Part shown: positions 22,549 through 35,509 of the stretch, in pieces
Position numbering within the stretch: the stretch's first letter is position 1
Layout: each line of letters starts with the position of its first letter
DNA from: Macrostomum lignano
Taxonomy: Eukaryota
DNA: 64,000 nt
Assembly (NCBI GenBank): GCA_002269645.1
Contig: NIVC01000083.1
Span: 372,001 to 436,000, forward strand
Direction of reading: 5' to 3'
Program-made: the position numbers and the translations under genes
The notes under the pieces: model-generated
The model's input: the letters and a program-made list of their open reading frames with translations, nothing else
Told to the model about the DNA's origin: nothing
Database searches by the model: none

Positions 22549-25500
22549 ATGTTGTCCACCGACGGTGCTAATAAAAAGCCACTAATGCCACTTGCCCAGT
22601 CTGACTACATGACAAATAATACCACAACCAATACTAACAGTTCATACTGTGGCACCGGATTTGCTGATTTTCACCCAGTTAACGTTGACTTTGACAATTT
22701 TTTGCCCCAAGGTCAAAGTCAGACGTCGCCATCATCCATGTTTCCAGCTGAGTGGAATGGCCATGCTCAGGAAGGCTCTATCTTTTCAGATGCAGTTTTT
22801 AATCATGTTGGTAATGGTAACTACCCACAGCCACAGGTCAGCAGCTCAAGTTTCATCATGAGCTCCACTAAGCCAGGTCAATATGGTTGCATAGATTTTG
22901 AATCTCTTCAGCAGAAGATTTCTCTAAAGAAGCAATCATTAGACATTCTTCAGGGTGTTATCCCTGACCCTCTTGGTCTAGAAGCAAATCATGAAAAAAA
23001 GGCATATATGACCAACACAGAGCGCATTCAAGTGCCTTCTTCTGACCATGTAGCAGAAATTGTTGGAAAAAATGGTAATTATTTTTTATTATGATTTTTG
23101 AGCTTTTGGTTCTAGATCTGAGATGATTTCTTTGGTTTTTCATTTGTATAAATTTATTAGACCTAATAATATTAAATTAAACTATTAGGCCTAGTTAATT
23201 TGTATTTTGCATTATTGTTCTAAAATAAGCTTTTGTAACTTATGCTTAAAATAGACTAATAGACCTAAGTCTTAAACAGACATGTGCAACCTCCAAAATT
23301 CAGTTGGCCATGCAACTTAGTATTAACAAAAATGTGACATAGTTTTTGGCTAAAAATGCGACTTACATGTAAAAAACTCTAAAGGAAAATTACCGCAACG
23401 TTGGGTAAATGGCAGGAGTAACTCTGACTGTCTTATTAAGCCAAAATGCCTTATCAGCTACTTTGTACTACTACTTGTGTGTTTTTTTTTGGGTGGGCAT
23501 TTTTGCGACTTCCTTGGTTGGCTGCCAAATCAGTCGGCCAGGTTGGCCAACTCGGTTGACTGTTGTGCATGTATGGTCTAAAATAAAGAATTTTTATTTA
23601 TAAATTTAGATAAATAAGTGCTAGCCTGCTATACTTAGGCCTAGCTACCTAGTTAAGTTTATTACTTTGCTTGCATTGTTTTATCATTTAATAAATAAAA
23701 ATATATTATTATTTGTCTATAATTTTATTTTTAGGCAGTGCTTATCTCCATGGTACTATAGAAATAATTTCTATCTTATTCCAACAATACTGTGGGAATA
23801 ATTTTCTGCTTATCCATATGGCACACTGATGAGATAGCTGCCCTATCTTTTACATATGCCATGGGAATAATTTTCTGCTTATCCGCATGGGACACTGACA
23901 AGAAAGCTGCCCTATATTCTATATATGCCGTGAGAATAATTTTCTGCTTATCCGCACGGCACACTGACGAGATAGTCGCCATATCTTCTATATATATATA
24001 TGCTATACCTGAATAGTATATAGCTTTTTGAAAGGGAATTTAAATTAAAGATACTAAAAAGCTGTTGATCTGGATCAACACCATGACCAGCATTTTTTTG
24101 CATAAAAAAGCCATTAAATCTTTACTTCTATTAAACAAATTATCAAGCAAAGTTGTTATATTGCACTTAAACCATAAGTACTAAACTAAATTATTCCCAC
24201 GGCATATGTAAAAGATGGGCCAACTATTTTGTCAGTATGCTATGCAGATAAGCAGAAAATTATTCCTATGGTACCATGGGGATAAGCACTGCCTTATTTT
24301 TATTTGATCAATTTTTAAATTAGATACTTGATAATGAATCTAATAGAGTTTTTACATAATTTATTATTAAAAAAATATTCCTTGAAGTTTTAGTAGCAAT
24401 CTTTCTTTATCCCTCTGCCTTTTCCTAATTCTAAGAATGTATTTTTCTAATTAAAAATGATTTTTTTCAATTAGGCCTATTGAAATCTTATTGGCATTCT
24501 TTTGTTTTATAATCCCTAAGCAACCATATTCAAACTGCTCAACTACCAAAATAGGTGTGTACAGTTGGTGTGCATCACTCCAAAGCAATAGTGTGCATGT
24601 ATATTTAGCATGCACTTCATAGAATCATGCAGAAAAAATTGTGTGAAGTAAAAAAAGATACAAAAATATTCATTTTAAGCAAAAAATTCAAGCTTTCTAG
24701 GGTTTTTAAGTTCATAATAAAATATTTAAACAAATATTTGTGTGTATCAATTTTCAGCAGGGAATAAATAGTATTGTCAAAAAAGCAGAAAAATTAACCA
24801 AATTATTTTTAAAAAAAAGTTTCATTATGCAATACAAAAAAGGTTTTTATTATCACAATGTGAAAAAGGTCATTTATTGTCATAACACCATCATAGTTTT
24901 AAGAATAGGTGTGCACTCAAGTTTTTTTAGTGTGCATTTGCAATTATTCAATTTTTGTTTGCGTATGCACTTAGCATGATCTAGACTATGGCCAAGTAGG
25001 TCCAATTTTGTATCACAATCCCCATTAAAAAAGAGTCAACATTGATATAGGACATTGACTCTAGTATAACTAAAAATTACATTTCATATTTTTTTCTTTG
25101 AAACTCACTTCCAAGTCAATTTAAATTGTCATTACAATCCATTGAAACATAGGCGTAGCATAGTTACAGAAGTATGTAGCTTATATTCACTTTTGTTATG
25201 CAATCATTTAAATTATAAAATTATATGTAGATGATTGCAAGATGAAGCTGAACTCACTTTCATCTTATGATCACCCCAAAATATAAAATGTACTTCCATT
25301 TAACTAGGGGATCATAAGGCAAAAATGAGTGGGGGCTACCTAGAATTGGTTTGCAGTTTTTGCTGCTTTTGGTGGCTTTGCAGCTTTCTATTTGTGGACA
25401 TTATAGAGGCTAAAATGATAGGAAAAGCCAGGATATATAATCTTCTAGCTTAACATAAATAGCCTGAAAGTGTTAATAAGCCAATGTTGCATTTTGTTAT

Positions 25501-28500
25501 TATTCTTATTGCCTTGGTAATTAGTGACTTTAGATGCATGCATTTATTATTTCTCTATATCTAACATTTCAAAACTAATATAAATATATACTAGATTTGG
25601 TATTATTATGTATGCTAAGTAGATAGCCATCAAATATTTGATGATAAAAGAAATATCATGTAAAAAAGCATTATATAGACAAAAGAAAAGTCATGTTAAA
25701 GCTAAAAGATTCATTTGGGAATTGCTACAATGTCAAGGCCTAGAGGAAATTTCTATAATGCTATGATTCTTAGGAAAGAAGTACTAAAATATAAAAGCTT
25801 AGGGGAGAAGAATTGCTAAGATGTCAAGGCTTTAGGGTTAGGTTTAGGTCAAGTTTGGGTTAAGGTTAGGATAAAGGTTTTAAGGTTGATAGGGGATTTT
25901 TTAGATTTCAATGTTTATGGGTAACATTACTAAGATGTCAAGGCTTGCAAGGAAAATAGCTGAGATATCAAGGCTAAAGTCAAAAGCTACATGTAGTTAA
26001 TTCAAAACTTTATTAAATTTGTTGGCTCCTCACAAAGGAGGAAAGGTTGCTGATAAACAAAGTGTCATATAAAAAATAAATAAAGCATATTGTCAAAGTT
26101 AGAAAATTTATTTAGGAATCACTATGATATCAAGGCTTGGAGGATATAACTATAATGCTATAGTGCTATAATGACTCTTGGGGATAATAACTGAAATGTC
26201 AATGCTCTAGGGTTAGATTTAGGCTAAGGTTAGGTTTTTGACAGATTTCTTAAATATCAAGGCTTTTAGAGGGTTATCACTAAGCTGTCAAAGGGGAAAT
26301 TGATATGATAAGGCTTGTGGGGGGGGGGAATTGCTGAGATATCAAAGCTTACAAAGGACTACTAGGGTATATTCCAAAGAGACACTACATGTAGTCTGTT
26401 TAAAAAACTTGTACTACATTTTTTTCTCCCCAATAGGGTGCACTGATTGCTAGTATATGTACTAGATTTGGTAAGTAGATGCTAAGTAGATAGCCATCAA
26501 TTATTTAAATAAATTTATTATAAAATAAACTTATTTAAATATGTAAGATTGTCAATCTAAATTTACTTTAAATTACTTTTTTAGCTTTAAATACATTTTT
26601 TTATTTTAAGGAGGTATAAAAGGATTGTCCTTTTAATTTTCAATTGAAGGTTAAGTATACTATTTACAGTAGAATACTTATTGTTATATATTGTATGCTA
26701 TTTATTTTTTCCTTTGCACTATATATAATATTATTAATCAATTTTTAGACCTAGCATAACTTGGCTTTTGTCCAAGCCTAAATTTGAATTGAAACTTTGA
26801 GCAGTCTTTTGACTTGTATGTTTTTAATAAAATTAATAAGTATTATAAAGATTATTATGCAAAAGCAAACTTATAAATAAAAAGAATAGTATATGCTACT
26901 AAAGATCAACAAAATTCTAAGACAAAATATTATAAAGCAGTTAAATGACATTAGTGACCTTGCTATATCTTTTTGTCCTTACTGGTTTCTAAGCTAGTGC
27001 AATATGGCAATGTATGTGTATATACTATGTGTACCATATTTTGGTTTGTATTGAAGCATTCATAGAAACAGTACCTTGACTTTTAAATAAAAAAATGATG
27101 CAAAAGATATATGATACAATGGCAATGGCATTTCTACTCCTGTAATCAAAACCAGAGTGTTTAAACTTCTTATTTGCAATTGCCAATTTAAAAAAAATAT
27201 ACTGAGTTTCTTATATAATCAAAAATGGTTTTGTCATGAGCACTATTTGAAAACAACAGAAATGTATTAATTGATAATAATAGGTCTTTTGTTTAAATTT
27301 TAACTACAAATTACTTTGTCTTTAGATATGTCATAAGTAATGTCACTGATGTGGAAACAGTCGCACATGAACAAAAACTGTAGCAATCATAGTTTCATAG
27401 TGCCCCCACCCCCAATATCAATCACCCTCTGGCAGTGCTGGTACAGCTTCTTCCCACCTTGCAGGTTTTTTTCCTCCAGCAGCCAGAACCAGTGCAATCT
27501 GCCACAAAATGAATTGGATTTGGCCAGAGATCCCAGTGTGCTGGAAAAAAGTCATTAAAATTCTGATCATCAACCTTGGTGGTTGGCAAAGTTGTACAGA
27601 TGGAGACTCGCTTGGTCTCACTAAGTGCAGTGACATTACTTATAACTTATTAAAAAAAGTGTCATTTCCTTGGTCATAAAAATCATAAAAATCATTATAT
27701 CCCATATACTAAAATCATTTATCTACCAGGCCAACGCATCAAGCAGCTTCGAGAGCAGCTCAAAGTGTGGGTTAAGACGCCGTCTCGTGATGAGCCGCCT
27801 ATTTTCGAAGTGACTGGCCTACCAGAGAAACTTGCCGAAGTAAGTACCCCAACTAATAGAGTGACTCACTGCCAGTCATAGATTAATAAAGTGACTCACT
27901 GCCAGCATAGACTAATAGAGTGACTTACGGCCAGTCATAGACTAATAGAGTGACTCACTGCCAGTCATAGACTAATAGAGTGACTCGCTGCCAGTCATAG
28001 ACTAATAGAGTGACTCACTGCCAGTCAGACTAATTGAGTGACTCACTGCCAGCCATAGACTAATAGAGTGACTCACTGCCAGCCATAGACTAATAGAGTG
28101 ACTCACTGCCAGTCATAGATTAATAGTGACTCACTGCCAGTCATAGACTAATAGAGTGACTCACTGCCAGTCAGACTAATAGAGTGACTCACTGCCAGTC
28201 ATAGACTAATAGTGACTCACTGCGGTCAGCATTGTTTAACTCCACCCAATTGAACTGCGCTATCCCGCAGGCCAAGTGTCACATTCTGCGAATGAGCGAG
28301 CACTTCACCAAAGTGCAGCAGGAGCGGATGCAGCGCACCGAGCCGAATCGAATGGAGGACCGGCTGTACGTGGAGCAGGACAAAGTCGGCCTGATTGTCG
28401 GCGCCAACGGGCAAACGATTCGCTGGGTGCAGCAACTGTCAGACACGCATATCGCCACTCCGCGCAAGCAGGAGTCCTTTCCTGGCCTGCCGCCGCCGCA

Positions 28501-30005
28501 AACTTATTTCACCATCTGCGGCGCTACAGACAAGGTGAAGTTTGCTAAACAGCTCATCTGCGAATACGTCACTCTGCGCTGCCAGGGCCTCTGGCTCGAT
28601 CCCGATCTGGAGCCCTCCGCCGAGGCCTCCAAATTGGTGCGCGATTTTCACCAGCGCCGTCAGGTTGAGGATACTCAGCGCAAGACGACTGTCGGACCGT
28701 CGAATGGCGGCGGCGGCGGATCTTCTGCTGCAAATGGACCTGCTGCTTCAGTTAGACCTGCTGCTGGGAGCGGAAGTGAGTACACTAATTGAGTCGTCCA
28801 GGCATACATGCGCAACTCCTTGATTAACGCATATTTGGGTAAACGGCAGGAGTTGGTATCATTGTTTTGTTAAGGCTAAATTCCTCGTCATCTAATTAGT
28901 ACTCCGCCTGTATTTTTGGATTGGCATTTTCGCGACTTACCTTTGCTGGGTGTTGCCCATGTATGCGATAAGAAAAGATTGTTATTGCTTTTGCTAGGAG
29001 GCAGTCCCAGTGTTCATCTTTTGATATGTTGTGCCTTTCTATTAGTGTGTTTTTCGGCGAAAACCAGCCTCCTTAACATTTTCTAAAAACGTAGTTCTCC
29101 CGACCTTCTACTTAAGTAGTTCTTGATGGGCAGAATTGCAATCAACAGCTCAGCCGCAGCTATTGCGCGGCGCATCTGAAGGCTGCTTTTGGCTGTTCAG
29201 TCCAATGACTGGAGGGGGGGGGGGTCGCTGGCACCCATTTTACAACTGGGTGAACTGAAGCAATGCAGAGTTAAGTCTCCTGTTGAGACTTAAGTAGGTC
29301 GAGAATTGAACCCCCGACCTTTCTAAACACTAACCGCTAGGCTCCAAATCCTTGCTAATTATTAATAACAAATACAACAATGGGGTTGTAAAGACACTGC
29401 TAGGACAATGAAGGACAGACTGTCATCTGCTATTCCCTCCCGCAGTTGACGCCATCAGCAAGTACGCTGTGTCCTCATCAGCCTTGCCGACTAGCCGAGG
29501 GGCTGGCGGCAGCATCGGAGGCTTCGGCGACTTTGCCGGCAGCGGCAACGGCGGTGGCGCCTCGGCTGCCAGCGTTCGCCAGCTGATCAACGACATGGAA
29601 GACATGTGGAGCCGTTGCAGCATCTCCGATCAGCAGAACAATAGCACTGCTACTGCTGCTACTACTGGCAATAGTAGTATTAACAATAATGCCCCGATTG
29701 TTAATCCGTTGCTAATGTCGGCCGTTAACGCCAGCGCCTGGTATCCGCCGCCGCCGCAGCAGCAGCCGCCAGCAGCTTCGCTGTACAGCATGAGCGACCG
29801 GCGCTATTCGTCCGCCGATTTAACCAACGCCGCTGCTGACGATGCCGGCTTTGGAGGCTACGGGAATCCGCAGCAGCAGCAGCAGCAGATTCCGCCAATG
29901 CCAGTTGGCCCTGGCTTCCAGCAGCAGCAGCAACTGCCTGCTATGAAGAAATCGGTCAGTGAAGAGCAGGTCTCGCCGCAACTGGTTGGACCCGGCTGGA
30001 TGTAG
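22549..30005 (+). CDS. MEX3: MEX3-like two-KH-domain RNA-binding protein, ~566 aa, no C-terminal RING
   Basis: Exons 22549-23074 (ERIQVPSSDHVAEIVGKNG|gt), 27730-27839 (QRIKQLREQLKVWVKTPSRDEPPIFEVTG), 28271-28775 (KH2: KVGLIVGANGQTIRWVQQLSDTHIATP) and 29446-30005. Phases 1,0,1 match. KH1 matches the MEX3 signature VPSSEHVAEIVGRQG...IKTP.R.EEPVF.VTG. Confidence 0.85.
23734..24293. mobile_element. PIF/Harbinger-type MITE, 560 bp
   Basis: TIRs GGCAGTGCTTATC(T/C)CCATGGTAC at both ends, TTA TSD on both sides (23731-33, 24294-96), and internal ~70-bp subterminal repeats present in both orientations. Confidence 0.85.
27850..28225. repeat. 30-bp minisatellite (TAATAGAGTGACTCACTGCCAGTCATAGAC) filling MEX3 intron 2
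   Basis: About 12 copies occupying nearly the whole 431-bp intron. Confidence 0.9.
29209..29350 (-). mobile_element. tRNA-derived SINE copy
   Basis: Reverse complement reads GGATTTGGAGCCTAGCGGTTAG...GGGGGTTCAATTC...CTCTGCATTGCTTCAGTTCACCCAGTTGTAAAATGGGTGCCAGC, the same family as 14539. Confidence 0.75.
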
Positions 30006-32907
30006 AAACACTCGACGCATCGCTGCAGCTTCATGCTGGCTTCATCCTAACTAAATTTAATGCCATTATTCAGTTGCTCGATTAATAAATATTTTAAGAT
30101 TATAAAAATAGTGTTTTATCCAGTTAATGGGATTTTGAAAGATAATTAAGTATTTTTCTATCGTATTTAACTATCGGATCGATTACTAATAATCCAATTT
30201 ATTTATATAAAAAAGCATTTCGATTTTTTTATAATCAGTGCAGTGCAAATCCTCTGTATTATTAAATTCTCGCGTGTGCTATTTTTAACTACTAAGATGT
30301 ACTTTGCTAGTAGTATATGTTTCCATCTATAATCTATTGTGCGAAGATAGAGAAATATCTCTTCCATTTTGGATTTAACTGCTGCCGGTTTTATATCGAT
30401 TTAACTAATTATAATATAATTATCATAGTAGTAGTAGTAGTGTGTATTATCCCCAGAATTTCAATTGGCTTACCAATTATCTAAGAGATTTAACAGTGCT
30501 AATTTTAATCTGCCTCCCTAATTATTGCTCTCAGTTTTGGCGCGTACTTTTTAACTTACCTTACGTGCAGCTTGCCCGATTGTTTTTAAATCTATTTTAT
30601 GTATTTGATGTTTTACTAATCTGTCTCGGTTTTTATTTATTATACCAATTCGTCTCCAAATATAGTTATAATTTACTAGAAAACTACTTAATTATATTCA
30701 TATTATGAGTTAACTTTAATAAATGTACTCAAATTTAGTCTCAGATGTGAAATGCAAACGAGTTTGATTTGGTAGATATTATTATTATTATTATTATTAA
30801 GTATGTTGTTTAATTTCCAACTCTTCTGTGGATTGAATAGCCTATAAATTATTATGATTATGCATAGTAACTAGTGCTGCTCGTTGGCATATTAAAGAAA
30901 CATTTCATAGCTTATTTTTCTGCAGTTGCACCCCAAATTGATAATTATTCATCAGCCATTTGTCTATGGTGTGTTTTGTATTTTTTTATATATTTTTTCG
31001 AATAACCCGATGAGTATTCTATAAATCTATAATATAATATTCAAAATAAGGCTATGCAAATCTAATATTTATCTACAAATTATTTTCTTTTCTACTAAAA
31101 TTGCTTGCAGCCAGAGAATGGTTAATTCATTGGAACAAAGAATGCTTTTAATTTTCACCTTTATTCCGTCATCTAGTTTGATTAAAAGTGCAGTTAGTTT
31201 TTTAAATAGAGTAGACAAACATGTTAGTGTTGCTGCATTCTTTTTTTATTAATGTGTTACAGCTTGATGGAGTAAATGCTTTTTTATGTTTTAGTGCAGA
31301 TCTCACGTGCAGTTCAAAACTTATCCAGGTGTGTCATTAACGGATCATATTAACAATTAATTACTGTTTTCTATGCTGTTTCATCGTATTTTTGATAAGA
31401 AAAATATTACAACTATTTAAAAAAACTTTTCTATAATAAATACTGATTATAACGAGGCTTTTATCGAATGGCGTTCCATCACACCTGCCCTCCACCCCAG
31501 GCATTTTGCATGTTAGCTGTGTCAGCAACTGTCAAAAAACTTTTGATTCAATGCTTCGGATTGCAAATGCACGGCACAGCTATCGCTTATATTTATATTT
31601 ATAAATCTACTCTAATAACTATTGTTCTCATATTGATTTGTAATCCGGTCAGGTATTTTTAAATTCCATAAAGTTATTTAATAGAATTAGCATAGTCACA
31701 TATCTATATCACCTTATAGTGTTTTAAATCTGTCAGTTTTTTTGAGATGAAAAATGAATTCGAACAATTGAAAGATCTTCGTGTACTTTTGGTTTCCAGT
31801 GTTGCTCATAGTTATAAGTTTTCAAATCATCCATCGCTTTAATGTTGTGTTAAAAATGAAATTATAACAGTTAGAAAAACTATTTATCCCAGTTATTATA
31901 TTTCTGTTGTGTTGCTATCCAATTTTCAGCCCTTATCCGCAGTTTCTGCTCTTCTTAACTTTATAAAGTTCAGTTCGAACTTTGTCGATGTTGCGTTATG
32001 TTGCTTCTCATTTATCATCATCGATTAACTAAGTTTGTCACCTTTGATTAACAAAATATGAGCTATGTTATTTTTTTACTCAGTTCGAATTCATCAAATA
32101 GCAAACTTGGCCACCTCTCGAATCTTCGAAAGTCTATTTTTTAAAAGATTTTTGTCGCAAAATAAAATTCAGGATTGAAAAAACTTAACTGTCAAACAAA
32201 AAATGCGTGTTGCTTTTTTGAACTGCCTTTTGTTTACAAGACTTACAACCAATGTGTACAGGTGTGCATGTAATGTACACGTACACGCCCAGCACAGCCC
32301 TCCGAAAGAACTCGGAGCTATGCATATGTACGTATGGTTCTCAGTTTCAGGTTTAGCAGCAATTCAGAGAACTGTTTCTTCCGAACCATGACCTTCAACC
32401 AAGCCCTAAAAAGATCCCTTAGCTGCATCATTTCCGAGAAAGTGAAACAGCCGAGCGCCGGGCACAGTCGTAATTTTTTTACATTCGATCGCTTTCTGAA
32501 CTTTATGCTTTGTGCACTATTAAATCTATGCTGTAGGTTAGGAAGTTGCGTTCCCTAATGAAACTTTTTCGCCGTGAAAGTAAATAATTATAACATCATA
32601 ACGAATAAATCATGGCTGTTGTTTCACACTCCGAACAATTCTAGACCTACAGCCGAGTTTTTCTGTCATAAAAATTAGCTAAAGTACTTTCAATATAGCA
32701 CAGTCAGCGGCCAATGTGTCTAGACAATATTTTAAAGATTTTTCAAAACAATATTAATACTTTATAAGCTGCTGCAACTTGCAAGGGACCGCGAAAATGA
32801 GCTCTAAATTTTACACAAAGTTCTGAACCAGAACCTGTGTATTCCTCGTGGGGCGCTTAATTATTAATCTCGAAACTTTACACTGCCAAAACAGGGGAAC
32901 TTTAAAG

Positions 32908-34328
32908 TAGGGGGCGACCCAGTCCCGGGCCCGGGCCCGAAAAGTCGGGAATCCCGACCAAAATCGTGGCCCGACCCGGGCCCGGGCCCGACCCTAAAAA
33001 AGTCGGGAAATCGGGACAAGTCTTTTTTCCCTAAAGGCACTAACCGCGTGCGAATAAGAATAAAATTATTTTTCAACATATTCACACTAATTTACCTTTA
33101 ATTCCAGCCCCAGGAAAATGCAACTGCAACTGCAACTGTCTGTGACCGTGAGTGTCAGCCACAGCAGTTTCCACTTTCCAGGAAGATCGGATTTTTTCCA
33201 GGAAGATAAAATTAAAACAGTTTTGCAATACTTTTTTGCAATATTGATTCCACTTTACACGCTGCAGGCTGCAGCCTAAAAGCAAAAATATGATTCTTTA
33301 AAAAGTTGATTTGTCATTTTTAAGCTTTTGTAAATAACATTTCCTATTTACATTCCAAGAAGTACCTATTAAGGGCCAAGGCAACCATTTTTCCAAGAAG
33401 TTTGCTATCTATCAGTATCAGAGTTTGTAATCGTGTTCATATTTGTATCGTATTCGTAGGTAGTCGTAGTCGTAGACTCATAGTATCGTATTCGTAATCA
33501 TATTCGTTTAGGTGGGTAGGTGAGCAGGTAGGCAGGTATCAGCTAATTACTTGTATTTCCATTGTCTGTTTGCCTGTTCTGTTGAGACAGTTGAGTGTTG
33601 TGTTGTGTTGTCACTTCATTTGTGTTCTGCTCTGTTGTCTTGTCTTGTTGTCTTACTGAATACTGACTGTGTACATGGCTCTTTACATTGAAGCTATGTA
33701 AAGGAACTAAAAATTCAAATAAAAGAATCAATCAATTGATTTGGTTCTTACTTCCTTACTGCTTCCAATGCCAAGTGCCTTACACTTAATGCTTCAGCTT
33801 TTCTTCTTTTTGATTACTGCCACTGCCAGTGCCAGCCGCACTGCCGCAGTGCCTGCTTGCCTACCTCACTGCCTGTTAGTGTCATTGTCACTGGCACACA
33901 CACAGTACTTGTGCCACACAGGGACATTGAATTTGAACTATTGAGTATATTGATATTTGAGTATTAAGTCTTTTAATGTAACTCTTATCTATTCTGAAGT
34001 CGTAACTAATGTATTAAATAATAATAATATTTATTATATTTATATATTATTATATATTTAATGTATTTATATATTATAATATATTTGATGTTTATCATAT
34101 ATTTATTATACATTTAATATATTATATTAAATTTAAAAATTCATATATTTATTATATATTTAATAGTAATCCGCATATGCTAAAAGTATTAAGATTTATT
34201 ATGATTTTTTTCCAATTATTGAGCTGTCCTAAAGATCTTGTCCCGAATTCCCGAGGCCCGACCCGGGCCCGAGTCCTCATTCCCGGGCCCGACCCGGGCC
34301 CGACTTTGGCCGTCCCGGTCGCCCCCTA
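32908..34328. mobile_element. Non-autonomous hAT element, 1421 bp
   Basis: Termini TAGGGGGCGACC and GGTCGCCCCCTA, 8-bp TSD CTTTAAAG on both sides (32900-32907, 34329-34336), subterminal CCCGGGCCCGA repeats; no transposase ORF. Confidence 0.9.
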
Positions 34329-35509
34329 CTTTAAAGACACGAAATTTCACAAAATTGAAGTCTTCTACGAGCTGTCTCTCCAGTGCAATTTGACATTCAA
34401 ATTTCGGGTTTGTAAAACGCCCCCCAGCGAAGCGATCGACAGCCTGTTCCAATGGAGTTCGATCGGCTTACAAAATCCTATAGTTTAAAGAACAAAAGAC
34501 AAAAAATGCAATTACCACAAAATAATATTACTTACAGTAGACAGAGCTGATCTGGGCCAACAGGTAGAACGTTAACAATCAAGGATAAAAACATTAAATC
34601 CATTGCGCATGTAGTTTGTTTATTTTTCAAGATTTTAGGTTTGCATTTCATTTCAAGCGTAGAATAACTGTCGGTTAAAACCATTTCGGCAGCACAAAAG
34701 TTCTTTAAATTCATTAAATTTTACAAAAAAATGATAACAGAGCAACAACAAATTTTAACTGCTACTTATAGTATTATTATATTATATTAGTATCAATATA
34801 ATAAAGAATGATGCAATTTGTACAAGTATAAATATAACAATATAATAAGCTAACAATTACCTTTTATGAGGTTTTTATATTTTATCAAACATCATTTTTT
34901 GTTCAATCTTATAGATTTCAGTTTGAGCAGCATTTTACGATTAACTTAGCTTCATTCGAGAAACAAATCAAACCAAACAATCCATTTCAGGTTAGATAAC
35001 ACAGGTGAAAAAAAGTACACGGCGACAAAATGCTCAGTATAAACTACTTCTAGTACTACACAGAGAATATTTTGCATTTTTACTACAAGTTAGGTATTTT
35101 TGAAAACTGACACATCTAAACGGAGATTTATTGCCAAAGTTAAAAGCAAAATACTCAAGACGAACGTAAAACGTGTCTTAAATAAAAATTATCAAGTCAG
35201 AATGTTTATTTTCTGCTCCTTCCCTGCACTACTTTTAGTAAAATAATTAGTTCACTTTTTTAGACAATATAGGTTTATTTCTACTATAAGTAGACTATGA
35301 CAAGACATTGACATCGACAAGATTATATTCTTTCCTACCCTGCACTACTTTAAGTAGAATAAATTAATTTGAAAAGAATTTTTTAGGCTTTTTTCTGTAT
35401 TGATACCAGAAGTAGACTACAACGGACATTAAAATTAATTATTGATGGTATTTTTTTGTCTCAACGAACACAGTCACAGTTTCTTCACCACCTAGTTTAA
35501 TTCAATAGC

